Shown: positions 50,450-64,000 of the stretch, piece after piece
Position numbering within the stretch: the stretch's first letter is position 1
Layout: each line of letters starts with the position of its first letter
Assembly: GCA_963791045.1 (NCBI GenBank)
Contig: CAWBQK010000002.1
Span: forward strand, 74,235-138,234
Length of the DNA stretch: 64,000 nt
Direction of reading: 5' to 3'
Source of the DNA: Candidatus Latescibacterota bacterium
GTDB taxonomy: Bacteria > Krumholzibacteriota > Krumholzibacteriia > WVZY01
Translations under genes and position numbers: made by a program
Notes under the pieces: generated by a model
Told to the model about the DNA's origin: nothing
What the model saw: only the letters and a program-made list of their open reading frames with translations
The model's database searches: none

Positions 50450-51734
50450 ACGCAACACGTTTCTCGCAAGAACGCTTATGATCGCGGTGGTTGTTTTTGT
50501 CGCCGCGTCCTCGCTCACACCGGATGCGGCCGTGGCGAATTCGCTCCTCGTCCCCATGGACTTGACGCAATCGAATCACCTCAAGGCGTACGGACTTGCG
50601 TTTCACGCGCTCCAGCAGGGGCACATCGTCCACTGGATCCTCAATTACAGAGGGGGAAGTTTTATTATGCCGGTGAGCCGCGAGCTGGTGCTCGAGGCAA
50701 GGCTCAAGGGCGTGTCTTTCAGTGAGATAAGCGGGGCGGACGTATCGCTTATTTATGCCCAGGTGGAAAAGAACAATATGGAGACGGTGGTGTTGGAGAA
50801 GGCGCCCCGGATCGCCGTTTACACCCCGCCGAACAAGCAGCCGTGGGACGACGCGGTGACGCTGGCGCTCACCTATGCCGACATTCCGTTCGAAAAGGTG
50901 TTCGATGAAGAGGTGCTTACCGGAGCGCTCGCGAATTACGACTGGCTCCACCTTCACCATGAAGATTTTACCGGGCAGTACGGCAAGTTCTACGGGGCGT
51001 ATCGTTATGCGGAATGGTACCGGACGCAGCAAATTCAGTATGAAGCGCTCGCCAAAAAAATGGGATTCACCAAAGTGTCCGATGCCAAGCGGGCCGTCGC
51101 CGAGCGCATACGCGAGTACACGCTCAACGGTGGGTTCCTGTTCGCGATGTGTTCCGCTTGCGACACAATCGATATCGCTCTTTCCGGGCACAATATCGAC
51201 ATCGTTCCGCAGGAATTCGATCACGACGGAATGACGCCGGGTTTTCAGGGCAAGCTCGACTACGAAAGATGTTTCGCGTTTACAGGTTTTCGAATCATAT
51301 CGAACCCGCTTGTCTATGAGTTCTCGAATATCGACACGAGCGACTATGCAAAGGCTCGCGGGGCCGATGTTGACTACTTCGGGCTCTTCGAGTTCTCCGC
51401 CAAATATGATCCCGTCGCGACGATGCTCACGCAAAACCACGTCAATGTTGTAAAAGGATTTCTCGGCCAGACAACGGGCTTCAAAAAAACACTCACCAAA
51501 AAGAGCGTCGTTATTCTTGGCGAGGACCCCGCTCACACCGAAGTGAAGTACCTCCACGGAAATCTTGGAAGGGGAACGTTTACGTTTCTTGGGGGACACG
51601 ACCCCGAGGACTACCAGCATGCCGTCGGTGACACGCCGACCGATCTCGCGCTTCACGTCAACTCGCCGGGCTACCGCTTGATCCTCAACAACGTTCTGTT
51701 TCCTGCCGCGAAGAAAAAGAAACTCAAGACCTAG
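50436..51734 (+). CDS. Conserved secreted class-I GATase-like protein (family often labelled 'asparagine synthetase B')
   Basis: Signal peptide; QSNHLKAYG, WDDAVTLAL.YA, WLHLHHEDFTGQYGKF, FAMCSA, GGHDPEDYQH. Confidence 0.7.
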   Translation: MTLHKRNTFLARTLMIAVVVFVAASSLTPDAAVANSLLVPMDLTQSNHLKAYGLAFHALQQGHIVHWILNYRGGSFIMPVSRELVLEARLKGVSFSEISGADVSLIYAQVEKNNMETVVLEKAPRIAVYTPPNKQPWDDAVTLALTYADIPFEKVFDEEVLTGALANYDWLHLHHEDFTGQYGKFYGAYRYAEWYRTQQIQYEALAKKMGFTKVSDAKRAVAERIREYTLNGGFLFAMCSACDTIDIALSGHNIDIVPQEFDHDGMTPGFQGKLDYERCFAFTGFRIISNPLVYEFSNIDTSDYAKARGADVDYFGLFEFSAKYDPVATMLTQNHVNVVKGFLGQTTGFKKTLTKKSVVILGEDPAHTEVKYLHGNLGRGTFTFLGGHDPEDYQHAVGDTPTDLALHVNSPGYRLILNNVLFPAAKKKKLKT

Positions 51735-51812
51735 TTTCGGTTTTCTTATTAAGAGTCCATTCACAACTTGCTATGTGCTAGCGTGTTATAAGCTCGGGCC
51801 GGCACAAACCGC

Positions 51813-51841
51813 TTGACACTAACACCCATTTCGAGAATAAT
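51813..51841 (+). promoter_or_regulatory. Sigma70 promoter
   Basis: TTGACA-17nt-AATAAT. Confidence 0.6.
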
Positions 51842-51997
51842 AAGCTGGATCCATCGTTTCTGTTGTGGCGGTGAGGACACCGATCTAGACGGGGCGATGG
51901 GCGGTGTGGTGAAATAGTAGATGATGGAACAATGGAATCACGTTTGTGATGCGGATGGAGGTGAAGAGTCCGAATTCAACCGAGTTCGGAGCTTAGT

Positions 51998-52189
51998 ATG
52001 GAGAAAGCTTTTACAGAGTGTTTGAAATGTCGAAACGGTGTTTTGCTGCCATTGTCGGATTATGGTCGCGACGGCGCTCCGATTCAATATAAGGCGTGGG
52101 TTTGCAACAACCCAGAGTGCGGTTTTAACATCAGAATCGACAACGGTGAAATCAGTGTGGGGAGAGATATCAGCACTTCAGTGAAATAA
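51998..52189 (+). CDS. 63-aa zinc-ribbon protein of unknown function
   Basis: CLKC...CNNPEC; RBS GGAG; has its own promoter. Confidence 0.75.
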   Translation: MEKAFTECLKCRNGVLLPLSDYGRDGAPIQYKAWVCNNPECGFNIRIDNGEISVGRDISTSVK

Positions 52190-52191
52190 CA

Positions 52192-53046
52192 TCATCTCGC
52201 ATCTGAATCGTCCGGCGGGAACCAGGGAGTCTTCGTTTTTACGGGGTCTCCCTTTTTTATTTGGTATAGAAGGTACGCGAGCGCGATGAGCGCGGGAACG
52301 AGGGTCCAGATGCTGCGAACGTAAAATGGCGTCTGGGTAGAAGCGTCGATTGGGGTCGCTATGAGCTGGACGAATGCGACCGAATTCAACAGGCAATGCG
52401 CGAGAATTGGGTAGAACAGATTGGACGTGGTGTAAAACAAAAACCCCAGGTAAATCCCAAATGCGACCATACTGAGAAGCAGCTGCGGCGTGAGATGAAT
52501 TACTCCAAAGAACGCGCCGGCGAGAAACAGAGCGACAATGCCCCCCATGTTTTTTTCGAAAACCCTCTGGATGATTCCACGGAAAATTATCTCTTCGCCC
52601 AGGGGAACAATGACGCACAGGCCGAAGAATGTGACAAAGATGGCCAGGGGGTCGGTGGGTTTGAGTTCCTTCAGCCCTTCGACATAGTCGACGGGCGGAA
52701 GCATGAACTTCTGGGAGAGCACATATATATAGTCGACGATCACGACGGCGAAAAACGTCGCGATCAAAACGTACAATCCAGTACGTACCGTCGGCCGGTG
52801 AAGCTGCAGTTGTCCTCGGAACCCGCCCTTAAAGCGCCGAACGAGCAGATAGACGGGGGCGATGATCCCGATAATGGGCGCAACGGCGATCCCGATCTGT
52901 AGCTGTCCGCCGATCATGAACAGCTGTTGGATGAACACGCTCCCCAGGATACACGTTAGACTGAAGAGCAACAGAAAGTAGTTGTTCAGCGTGGAGAATA
53001 TATCGAGCTCTTCGAAATCCAGGTTGCTTTCGTTATTTTCATCCAT
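52192..53046 (-). CDS. CPBP (CAAX/Abi) intramembrane metalloprotease
   Basis: EEIIFRG, FFGVIH, ILAHCLLN motifs. Confidence 0.88.
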   Translation of the reverse strand: MDENNESNLDFEELDIFSTLNNYFLLLFSLTCILGSVFIQQLFMIGGQLQIGIAVAPIIGIIAPVYLLVRRFKGGFRGQLQLHRPTVRTGLYVLIATFFAVVIVDYIYVLSQKFMLPPVDYVEGLKELKPTDPLAIFVTFFGLCVIVPLGEEIIFRGIIQRVFEKNMGGIVALFLAGAFFGVIHLTPQLLLSMVAFGIYLGFLFYTTSNLFYPILAHCLLNSVAFVQLIATPIDASTQTPFYVRSIWTLVPALIALAYLLYQIKKGDPVKTKTPWFPPDDSDAR

Positions 53047-53171
53047 TACGCTTACCCGAACGCTGTCGGCCCAACCCTTCGTTTGATATCGTGAATCGCC
53101 ACCCTGATCCCCGCTTGTGGTCGTACGGTATTGTAGTGCAAAAACGGCAAACATCCAACAGTTAGTAGACC

Positions 53172-53855
53172 ATGATAAAATTAGTCATATTCGATCTCGA
53201 TAATACCCTGACGGATTTTATGAGGATGAAGGAGCGCGCGGTTGACGCGGCCGTGGATGCGATGATCGACGGCGGGCTTCGACTGCCCGCCGCGGAGATC
53301 AAAGAAAAAATCTACGAGGTATACGACAAAGAGGGAATCGAGTTTCAGAGTGTCTTTGACGTGGTTCTCAAGGATCTGCTCGGCGAAGTGAACCACAAGA
53401 TACTCGCAGCCGGAATCGTGGCGTACCGCCGCGCGCGCGAAGCGTCGCTCGTGTTGTATCCGCACGTCAGTGTCGCTCTTTTTGAAATCATGAAGCGGGG
53501 CATTCGCCTGGCCGTCGTGTCGGATGCTCCTCGCAAAGAAGCATGGCTGCGGTTGTGTTATCTCCAGCTGCAGCACATGTTCGACAAGGTTCTCACTTTT
53601 GACGACACCGGCGAGAGAAAACCGAGCCCGAAGCCGTTCAAGCGCGTGATGAAGCATTTCGAAGTTGAGCCGCACGAAACGATTATGGTGGGGGACTGGC
53701 CGGAACGCGACATTACCGGCGCCGCGCAGGTCGGAATCACCACGGTATTCGCCCGTTACGGCGATACGTTCGGGACGGGGGAGAGCGGCGCGAAATACGA
53801 CATCGAGGACGTCATCGACCTCGTCGAAATTATCGACGAAATCAATAACCAGTAG
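53172..53855 (+). CDS. HAD-IA family hydrolase
   Basis: FDLDNTL, VVSD, KPSP, MVGD...DI. Confidence 0.9.
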   Translation: MIKLVIFDLDNTLTDFMRMKERAVDAAVDAMIDGGLRLPAAEIKEKIYEVYDKEGIEFQSVFDVVLKDLLGEVNHKILAAGIVAYRRAREASLVLYPHVSVALFEIMKRGIRLAVVSDAPRKEAWLRLCYLQLQHMFDKVLTFDDTGERKPSPKPFKRVMKHFEVEPHETIMVGDWPERDITGAAQVGITTVFARYGDTFGTGESGAKYDIEDVIDLVEIIDEINNQ

Positions 53856-53863
53856 AGGCGGAC

Positions 53864-55438
53864 ATGGACGTACTGACCACAGAGCGGATGAGGAAGATTG
53901 ACGACGAGACCATCGCGAGGTTCTGCCCGGGTCTCGAGCTCATGGAACGCGCCGGACGTAAAACAGCCGAGTTCATTCTGTCCCGCTTTTCCGAGGATAA
54001 TTTCAAAGCGTCCGTCTTTGTCGGTCCCGGCAACAACGGCGGTGACGCCCTCGTCGTCGCGCGTTACCTCGCCGAAGCGGGGCGGGCGTGCTCCGTTCTC
54101 TATCTCGGCTCGCCCGATAAGTTCACCATGGATTCCTTGAAGAACTACCAGCGTCTTCAAAAACGCCTCAAAGACCACCAGCATTTGAGGGAGTTCAGCC
54201 TCACACGGTCCGACTGGCTCAATCTCGTCGGCAAAGATCTCGCGGACTCGACGCTTATCGTCGATGGAATCTTCGGAACCGGACTCTCGCGTCCCATCGA
54301 CGGGCCCGGCCGGGAGATCATCCAGATGATCAATCAGAGCGATCTTCCCGTCGTCAGCATCGACACGCCGTCGGGTATCAATGGCGACACCGGCGAGGTG
54401 CTCGGCGAAGCAGTCATGGCAACAGCAACTATAACAATGGGTTATCCGAAGGTCGGGTTGCTCTTTCATCCCGGCAAGAGCCACACCGGAGAGCTCATCG
54501 TTGCCGATCTCGGTTTCCCCGAGGAAGTCCGCGAGGTCCATTCGTTGGGGCTCTATCTCCTCGATCATTTCGAAGCGTCCCGGCGGCTTCCACGCCGGCC
54601 GGAGGACGCGCACAAGTACCAGTGCGGCACGGCGCTCCTGATCTCGGGAAGCCGAATGTACACCGGTGCGACGCTTCTCGCCGCGGAAGCGGCGCTACGA
54701 AGCGGGTGCGGAATGGTGTACGTCGCCGTTCCGGAAGGGATTCGCGGGCTGGTCGAATCGAGACTTCGTGAGGCGATCACGATTGCGGTGCCCGAGACGT
54801 CGATGGGGACGATCGCGCACGACACCTGGTCGGTGATTTCACCTTATGTAGACAAAGCTGATGCGCTTATTGTGGGGCCCGGCATGAGCACTCACCCCGA
54901 CACTTCCCAGTTTGTTTTCGATCTGCTCGCCCGGCAGCGCAAGCCGGTTGTCCTCGACGCGGACGGGATCAATGCGCTCGAAGGCGAATCGAAACGGCTC
55001 CAGGGCCTCGAAGTCCCGGTTGTCGCCACGCCGCACAGCGGCGAGCTCGCGCGGTTGACCTCGAAGGAAATTCCTTCAGCGCCGCTGGAGAGAATCGAGA
55101 CCACCCGTAAAATCGCACAAACGCTTGGGATAACGCTCGTTCACAAAGGCGCGCCGACGCTGGTGTCATCCACCGGGGGTGAGGTGTGGATCAACCATCA
55201 TGGAAATTCCGCCCTCGCGACCGCGGGGACCGGGGATGTCCTGGCCGGGCTTATTGGGGGGCTTCTCGCCCAGGGCGCCGATCCGCTCGATGCGGCCTGC
55301 GCGGGGTGCTATATCCACGGCCGGGCCGGAGAGGAGGCCGCGTTCGATGTGGGTGTCAGGGGCGTAATCGCGGGCGATCTTCTCGACTACGTTGGACTCC
55401 CGATCCTCGAACTCGAAGCCAACGAGGGCCTCTTCTAA
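53864..55438 (+). CDS. nnr: Bifunctional NAD(P)HX epimerase/dehydratase
   Basis: LMERAG, GNNGGD, DGIFGTG, DTPSG; VLDADG, TPHSGE, LATAGTGDVLAG. Confidence 0.93.
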   Translation: MDVLTTERMRKIDDETIARFCPGLELMERAGRKTAEFILSRFSEDNFKASVFVGPGNNGGDALVVARYLAEAGRACSVLYLGSPDKFTMDSLKNYQRLQKRLKDHQHLREFSLTRSDWLNLVGKDLADSTLIVDGIFGTGLSRPIDGPGREIIQMINQSDLPVVSIDTPSGINGDTGEVLGEAVMATATITMGYPKVGLLFHPGKSHTGELIVADLGFPEEVREVHSLGLYLLDHFEASRRLPRRPEDAHKYQCGTALLISGSRMYTGATLLAAEAALRSGCGMVYVAVPEGIRGLVESRLREAITIAVPETSMGTIAHDTWSVISPYVDKADALIVGPGMSTHPDTSQFVFDLLARQRKPVVLDADGINALEGESKRLQGLEVPVVATPHSGELARLTSKEIPSAPLERIETTRKIAQTLGITLVHKGAPTLVSSTGGEVWINHHGNSALATAGTGDVLAGLIGGLLAQGADPLDAACAGCYIHGRAGEEAAFDVGVRGVIAGDLLDYVGLPILELEANEGLF

Positions 55439-55588
55439 CTAATATCGGCCAATTGACAGGTGTCGCTTGACAGCCCGACAATTTATTATTAAATAGTATC
55501 CTTTATTACTATTCCGGATCCCGAATAATTGCCGACTTTTGGCAACCACCCCGCCACACGAATCACACAATAGAAAGGTGACCGCCCC

Positions 55589-57010
55589 ATGCGATCGAGA
55601 ACCCCGAGTGAAGTAGTTGAGTTCGCCCGCGATCACAAGGCCACCGTCGTCGATTTGAAATTCCTGGATTTCCCCGGAACATGGCAGCACTTCAGCATCC
55701 CGGTCGAAGCATTCAACGAAGATGTGTTCGAGGATGGATTTGGTTTTGACGGATCGAGCATCCGTGGTTGGCGGAATATCAATGAGAGCGACATGCTGGT
55801 GATCCCGGATCCGAACACGGCTTTCATGGACCCTTTCACAAAAGAGCCCACGCTGAGTCTCGTCGGCGACATTTTTGATCCGATCACAAAAGAGAGATAC
55901 AACCGCGATCCAAGAGCGATCGCGATGAGGGCGGAGAATTATTTGAAGAGCACGGGGCTCGCCGACTACTCGGTGTTCGGTCCCGAGGCCGAGTTCTTTA
56001 TCTTCGACGACGTGAGATTCGATCAGCGGGAAAACATGGGCTACTATTATATCGATTCGGCGGAGGGTAGCTGGAATACGGGCCGTGTGGAAACGCCCAA
56101 CCTCGCATATAAACCACGGTACAAGGAAGGATACTTTCCCGTGCCGCCGACCGATTCGTTCCAGGATCTCCGTTCGGAAATGATGCTGACGCTGATGTCG
56201 CTGGGTTGTGAAGTCGAAACCCAGCATCACGAAGTGGCGACGGCGGGGCAGGCGGAAATCGATCTCAAGTTTGATACGCTCACACGCATGGGCGACAAGC
56301 TCATGATCTACAAGTATGTGATTCGAAATGTCGCCCGGGCGCACGGGAAGACCGTGACCTTTATGCCAAAGCCCGTGTTCAACGACAACGGTTCCGGGAT
56401 GCATGTCCACGTCAGCCTCTGGAAAGACGATAAGCCGCTGTTTGCCGGCAACGGCTATGCGGGTGTCAGCGACATGGCGATCCATTTCATTGGCGGTATG
56501 CTTAAGCACGCGCCGGCGCTTCTCGCGCTAACGTGTCCGACGACCAACTCGTACAAGCGCCTCGTTCCGGGGTTCGAAGCGCCGGTCAATTTGGCCTACT
56601 CGCAGAGAAATCGAAGCGCCGCGATCCGGATCCCGATGTACTCGCCGTCGGCCAAGTCGAAACGCGTCGAGTTTCGTTGCCCCGATCCGACGTGCAACCC
56701 ATATCTCTCCTTTGCGGCGATATTGATGGCCGGTCTTGACGGTATTGAAAACAAAATCGATCCGGGTGAGCCGCTCGATAAGAACATCTATGATCTGCCG
56801 CCGGCGGAGCTGAGCAAGATTCGCAAGACTCCTGCTTCGCTCGAAGCGGCGCTTGTAGCACTCGAAAACGATCACGAGTTTATGCTCAAGGGCGACGTGT
56901 TCAGCGAAGACGTGGTTCGGACGTGGATCGACTACAAGACAGAACGAGAAATCGTTGCGCTTGCGCAGCGTCCTCACCCGTACGAATTTTTCATGTACTA
57001 TGACGCTTGA
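55589..57010 (+). CDS. glnA: Type I glutamine synthetase (GSI-beta)
   Basis: [44 protein letters not shown]; adenylylation site NIYDLP. Confidence 0.97.
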   Translation: MRSRTPSEVVEFARDHKATVVDLKFLDFPGTWQHFSIPVEAFNEDVFEDGFGFDGSSIRGWRNINESDMLVIPDPNTAFMDPFTKEPTLSLVGDIFDPITKERYNRDPRAIAMRAENYLKSTGLADYSVFGPEAEFFIFDDVRFDQRENMGYYYIDSAEGSWNTGRVETPNLAYKPRYKEGYFPVPPTDSFQDLRSEMMLTLMSLGCEVETQHHEVATAGQAEIDLKFDTLTRMGDKLMIYKYVIRNVARAHGKTVTFMPKPVFNDNGSGMHVHVSLWKDDKPLFAGNGYAGVSDMAIHFIGGMLKHAPALLALTCPTTNSYKRLVPGFEAPVNLAYSQRNRSAAIRIPMYSPSAKSKRVEFRCPDPTCNPYLSFAAILMAGLDGIENKIDPGEPLDKNIYDLPPAELSKIRKTPASLEAALVALENDHEFMLKGDVFSEDVVRTWIDYKTEREIVALAQRPHPYEFFMYYDA

Positions 57011-57030
57011 TTCGCAGACGAAAACAACGA

Positions 57031-57070
57031 CCGGCGCCGCCCGCGTGCCAAAACGCGCGGGTGACGCCGG
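57031..57070 (+). other. GC stem-loop between glnA and glnD
   Basis: CCGGCG-CC-GCCCGCGTG / CGCGCGGGT-GA-CGCCGG; no U tail. Confidence 0.45.
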
Positions 57071-57121
57071 GAGTTCACTCGAATCCTGCGGGACACGACC
57101 GAGTTCCCGCGTCATTCATCG

Positions 57122-59773
57122 ATGAATCAACCCGATGACAGCCGGCCAAAACCAATCCCCACGATAAATGCAGAGGGAGAGTCCCTCTACGATTCCGACA
57201 CACCGGTTAGCCGGGAGCGATTTCTCACGCTGTCGCGCAACTACCTCGCGATTCTCAAGAAAAACCTGCTCAATCTAAGGGCTGAAGGAACCACGGGAAC
57301 TTCGTACGTTCGCGCGTACAGTCATATCGTCGACGCGATCGTGGGAGTGCTTTTTCAGAGGGCCGTTCAGGAACACGCCGCGGACCCGCGCGCCGTCGAC
57401 ATCGCGGTGATCGGCATGGGCGGATACGGCCGTGCGGAACTCGCTCCATATTCCGATGTGGATATTCTTGTTCTCTGTAAACGCAAAACACGGTTGATCA
57501 AACAGATCGCAGAATCGTTCGTACAACTCATGTGGGATGTCGGTTTTGAACTCGGGCACACCGTGCAGTCGCTCGTGGAAAGCGAAAGCACTCTCTCCCG
57601 TCACATGGATTCGCGGACGGCGCTTTTTGAGAGTCGGATGATCTGTGGAAGCGAATCGCTGTGGCGCGAAGCCGAGAGGCAGAAGGCGCGGATGATGCGG
57701 AGCGACCGCAAAGCGTTTGTCATGCAGAAAATCCGAGACGCCTCCACACGTTATAAAAAATACGGAAACAGTTATCAACTTATCGAACCGAATGTCAAAG
57801 TAAGCCCCGGGGGTCTTCGTGATTTTCAGACCCTGGTATGGATGGGAATGGTGGTCGACGGGGGCGGAGGTCTTGCAGCGCTCAGGAAAAGGGGACTTCT
57901 TCTGCCCGGAGAGTCGACGGTGCTCGAAGAGGCGTATGAATTTCTCTTGAGGGTTCGAGTCGAGCTGCACGTGTGTTCGGAGTCGAAACAAGATCAGCTG
58001 ACCGTGGGAATGCAGAGAAAAATCATGGGCCGGCTCGGTTACGCCGACAGGGGCGGGCATCTCGCTGTTGAACTTTTTATGAAGGATTACTACGAGCACA
58101 CGCGGGCGATCTACCGGATCACAAAGGATGTCATAGAAGAACTCGGTCACGGCGAAAATCTCGGACGGCTTATCGGCCGTAAGAAGACTCCGAAGTCGGC
58201 GGAGAGGTTGTCACTTCGTGTCGATCGGAGAAAGATACAGAAATCACCGCTTTATATTTTTGAGAAACAAAAAGAAGCGGGGCTCCCTCTCGACCGTGCC
58301 CTCAGACGTCGTCTCGAGAACATTCTCAAGTCCGATCTTTCGGGACGCCGGGAACGCTACAGGATGAGACGTGATTTCGCCTCGCTTCTCTCGAACGCGA
58401 CCAACATTACACTGGTGCTGAGGTCAATGCACGAAACGGGTTTCCTGGGCGTGATCATCCCCGAATACAATTTTCTCACCAGCCTCAAGCGCTACGATCT
58501 CTATCACCATTACACCGTGGATGAACACTGCTTTCAGGTAGTGGGCAACATAGAAGCGCTCGTTGCGGTGCCGAGCAAACGGATGGAGCCGCTGGCGAGG
58601 ATTTATACGGAAATCGCGGACAAACAGGTGATCTTCCTTGCCGCGCTTCTTCACGATATCGGGAAGATCGAAGGCCGCGGTCACGCGAAAAAGGGAGCCG
58701 AACTCGCGCGGAAAATTCTCAAACGGCTCAACCTCAAGGATACGCAGATCGAAGCGGTGAGCTATCTCATCGAGATCCACCTGCTCATGTCGCATTACAG
58801 CCAGCGCCGCGACCCGACGGATATTGGTACGCTCAAAACATTTACTTCGAGGGTCCGATCGCGAACGAATCTCAAGATGCTCTGCATTCTGACGTACGCC
58901 GATCTGAATGCGACATCGCCGCACGCGTGGACCGAATGGAAACGAGCGTTGTTGTGGGGTCTCTATCTCAAGGCGTACCAGTTCTTGGCGCAGAAAGAGA
59001 AGAAGCCGGAAACGGTGTACAAAACGCGAAAGCAGCAGATACTCCGCGCGTTTCGCGACGAGACCAGTCGGAGCGAGGCGCTCGAGCATCTCGACATGCT
59101 CCCCGGGCGCTACCTTCTCACGATGAACCCGTCACAAGTGAGGCGCCATCTCGATCTTATTAATGGGTTGGAGGGAAAGAGGGCGGTGGTAAGCCGTCAA
59201 AAGGGCCGCCTGGCGACGGAGATCTCATTCTGCACCCACGACAAGCCGTTCAGGCTTTCCCAGCTATGCGGTGTGCTGACGCTCAACGATTGCAATATTC
59301 TTTTCGCGAACGCGTTCACTCGAAAAGACGGTGTTGTCGTCGACGTGTTTCATGTGGAGGATGTCAGCGGAACGATGCCGATCGATGAGCCTCGCGTCGA
59401 CAGGATACGCGATGATCTCGACGCCGTGCTTCGCGGCCGGATCGATATCCACGCGGCGGTCGAAAAACACAAGGACAAATGGAAACGGAAAAAACAAACA
59501 TCGATCCCGGTGCCGCTGAAGATCGAGTTTCACAACGACATTTCACCGGACGTGACGATCGTGGATATTTTCACGGCCGACCAGCCGGGTTTGCTGTTCG
59601 CGATTACACGGGCGCTCTCCGTGGAAGGGCTCACGATCCACAGGGCGCGGATCTCGACGGAGGCCCAGCGAGTGATCGACTCGTTTGATCTGCAAGACAA
59701 GGACGGCTCCAAGATAACCAGCGCGACAAAGCTGCGAAAGATCCGATCCCGCCTCGAACAAGACCTCACTTAA
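57122..59773 (+). CDS. glnD: PII uridylyltransferase/uridylyl-removing enzyme
   Basis: GGYGR.EL.PYSDVD, EPNVK..PGGLRD, HHYTVDEH, LLHDIGK, two ACT domains. Confidence 0.95.
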   Translation: MNQPDDSRPKPIPTINAEGESLYDSDTPVSRERFLTLSRNYLAILKKNLLNLRAEGTTGTSYVRAYSHIVDAIVGVLFQRAVQEHAADPRAVDIAVIGMGGYGRAELAPYSDVDILVLCKRKTRLIKQIAESFVQLMWDVGFELGHTVQSLVESESTLSRHMDSRTALFESRMICGSESLWREAERQKARMMRSDRKAFVMQKIRDASTRYKKYGNSYQLIEPNVKVSPGGLRDFQTLVWMGMVVDGGGGLAALRKRGLLLPGESTVLEEAYEFLLRVRVELHVCSESKQDQLTVGMQRKIMGRLGYADRGGHLAVELFMKDYYEHTRAIYRITKDVIEELGHGENLGRLIGRKKTPKSAERLSLRVDRRKIQKSPLYIFEKQKEAGLPLDRALRRRLENILKSDLSGRRERYRMRRDFASLLSNATNITLVLRSMHETGFLGVIIPEYNFLTSLKRYDLYHHYTVDEHCFQVVGNIEALVAVPSKRMEPLARIYTEIADKQVIFLAALLHDIGKIEGRGHAKKGAELARKILKRLNLKDTQIEAVSYLIEIHLLMSHYSQRRDPTDIGTLKTFTSRVRSRTNLKMLCILTYADLNATSPHAWTEWKRALLWGLYLKAYQFLAQKEKKPETVYKTRKQQILRAFRDETSRSEALEHLDMLPGRYLLTMNPSQVRRHLDLINGLEGKRAVVSRQKGRLATEISFCTHDKPFRLSQLCGVLTLNDCNILFANAFTRKDGVVVDVFHVEDVSGTMPIDEPRVDRIRDDLDAVLRGRIDIHAAVEKHKDKWKRKKQTSIPVPLKIEFHNDISPDVTIVDIFTADQPGLLFAITRALSVEGLTIHRARISTEAQRVIDSFDLQDKDGSKITSATKLRKIRSRLEQDLT

Positions 59774-59842
59774 CCCGATTACTACAAAGATAACACGACG
59801 CGGTCCATTTATGGCCCGGTGCGCTCGACGGCGCGGGTCGTC

Positions 59843-60028
59843 CGATGGGGTCTTTCCGGGCCCTCGCTCCGCTTCGCTCGGCTATCCCCTTCGGGGAGGA
59901 TCCTCGCTCGCTCCCGCGAAAGGGCCTTTCGAAAGACCCCATCGTCCTCTAAAAGAGAAGGTACGGGTGGCCGATGACAGGACCCGTGCCGGGCCTTCGG
60001 TTCGAGGAAATGGGTGACAGGACCCGCG
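59843..60028 (+). repeat. Dispersed structured intergenic element (copy between glnD and glnE)
   Basis: Inverted relative to the 28.2 kb copy; TGACAGGACCCG end motif occurs twice (59975 and 60015). Confidence 0.9.
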
Positions 60029-60065
60029 TCGTCGTCTTCGCAATTGCGCGTCCTGGTGGTAATGG

Positions 60066-63530
<3,465 letters not shown>

Positions 63531-63630
63531 CAGTTGGTGAAAGTAACCTGACACCCGTCGCTGGTTCGTTTAAGCTTCCGAACCACCGGTGGGTGAATTC
63601 GTTTTCACGCCGTATCCAGGAATGTGAACC

Positions 63631-64000
63631 ATGATTGTCCTGGGAGTCGAGACTTCGTGCGACGATACGTCGCTGGCGCTCTTTTCCCCCGAGCGCGGCA
63701 TCGTCGGTGAACTCACCGCCAACCAACTTATCCACGACCTCTACGGTGGTATCGTCCCCGAGATCGCCTCGCGCGCGCACATGAAGAACCTTCTTCCCGT
63801 GTTCAACGCGCTCATCGCGCGGTCGGGAATCGGCCCCGGCCGTATCAGCGGTATAGGGGTGAGCAACGGACCTGGTCTCGTCGGATCGCTTCTCGTCGGA
63901 GTGAGCTTTGCCAAGGCTCTGGCTTTCGCGCTCGACCGTCCCATCGTTGGTGTTCACCATATCGAAGCCCACATACTCGCCAATGAACTTGGCGGCGAAA
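63631..64000 (+). CDS. tsaD: tRNA t6A synthase subunit (partial, runs off the window)
   Basis: MIVLGVETSCDDT, YGGIVPEIASRAH, GPGLVGSLLVG, HHIEAH. Confidence 0.95.
   Translation, partial: MIVLGVETSCDDTSLALFSPERGIVGELTANQLIHDLYGGIVPEIASRAHMKNLLPVFNALIARSGIGPGRISGIGVSNGPGLVGSLLVGVSFAKALAFALDRPIVGVHHIEAHILANELGGE

Overview
A GC-rich bacterial chromosomal segment, mostly housekeeping genes and nearly all on the + strand. Gene content suggests an FCB-group diderm (Krumholzibacteria/Latescibacteria-like); this is inference only. Order: M23 peptidase and bactofilin; a 1.1 kb intergenic region with a DnaA-box cluster (candidate oriC); moxR-DUF58-BatA; mfd; three parvulin/SurA foldases; S4 protein; pdxA; ftsEX-envC; holB; metG; tatD; an epimerase; rsmA; an unknown beta-barrel with two paralogous lipoproteins; a divergent polysaccharide deacetylase; pdxJ; secDF; a sigma54-promoter DUF4783 gene and a giant NtrY-like kinase; a minus-strand block (DUF222-like/HNH nuclease, cstA, nitroreductase); DUF4159-DUF4175-TPR-GATase-like genes; a 63-aa Zn-ribbon protein; CPBP; HAD; nnr; a co-located glnA-glnD / glnE-glnB cascade; and the 5' part of tsaD. 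Several genes, including the essential metG and holB, carry frameshifts that are most likely sequencing/assembly indels. I found no rRNA, tRNA, CRISPR array or transposase. The most unexplained signals are a dispersed, structured intergenic element (covarying stem, swappable hairpin, GNA triloops), an HNH nuclease flanked by structured non-coding DNA, an inverted-repeat element before metG, and the split MoxR/DUF4159/DUF4175 envelope system. Family calls come from motif recognition by eye, not from database searches.
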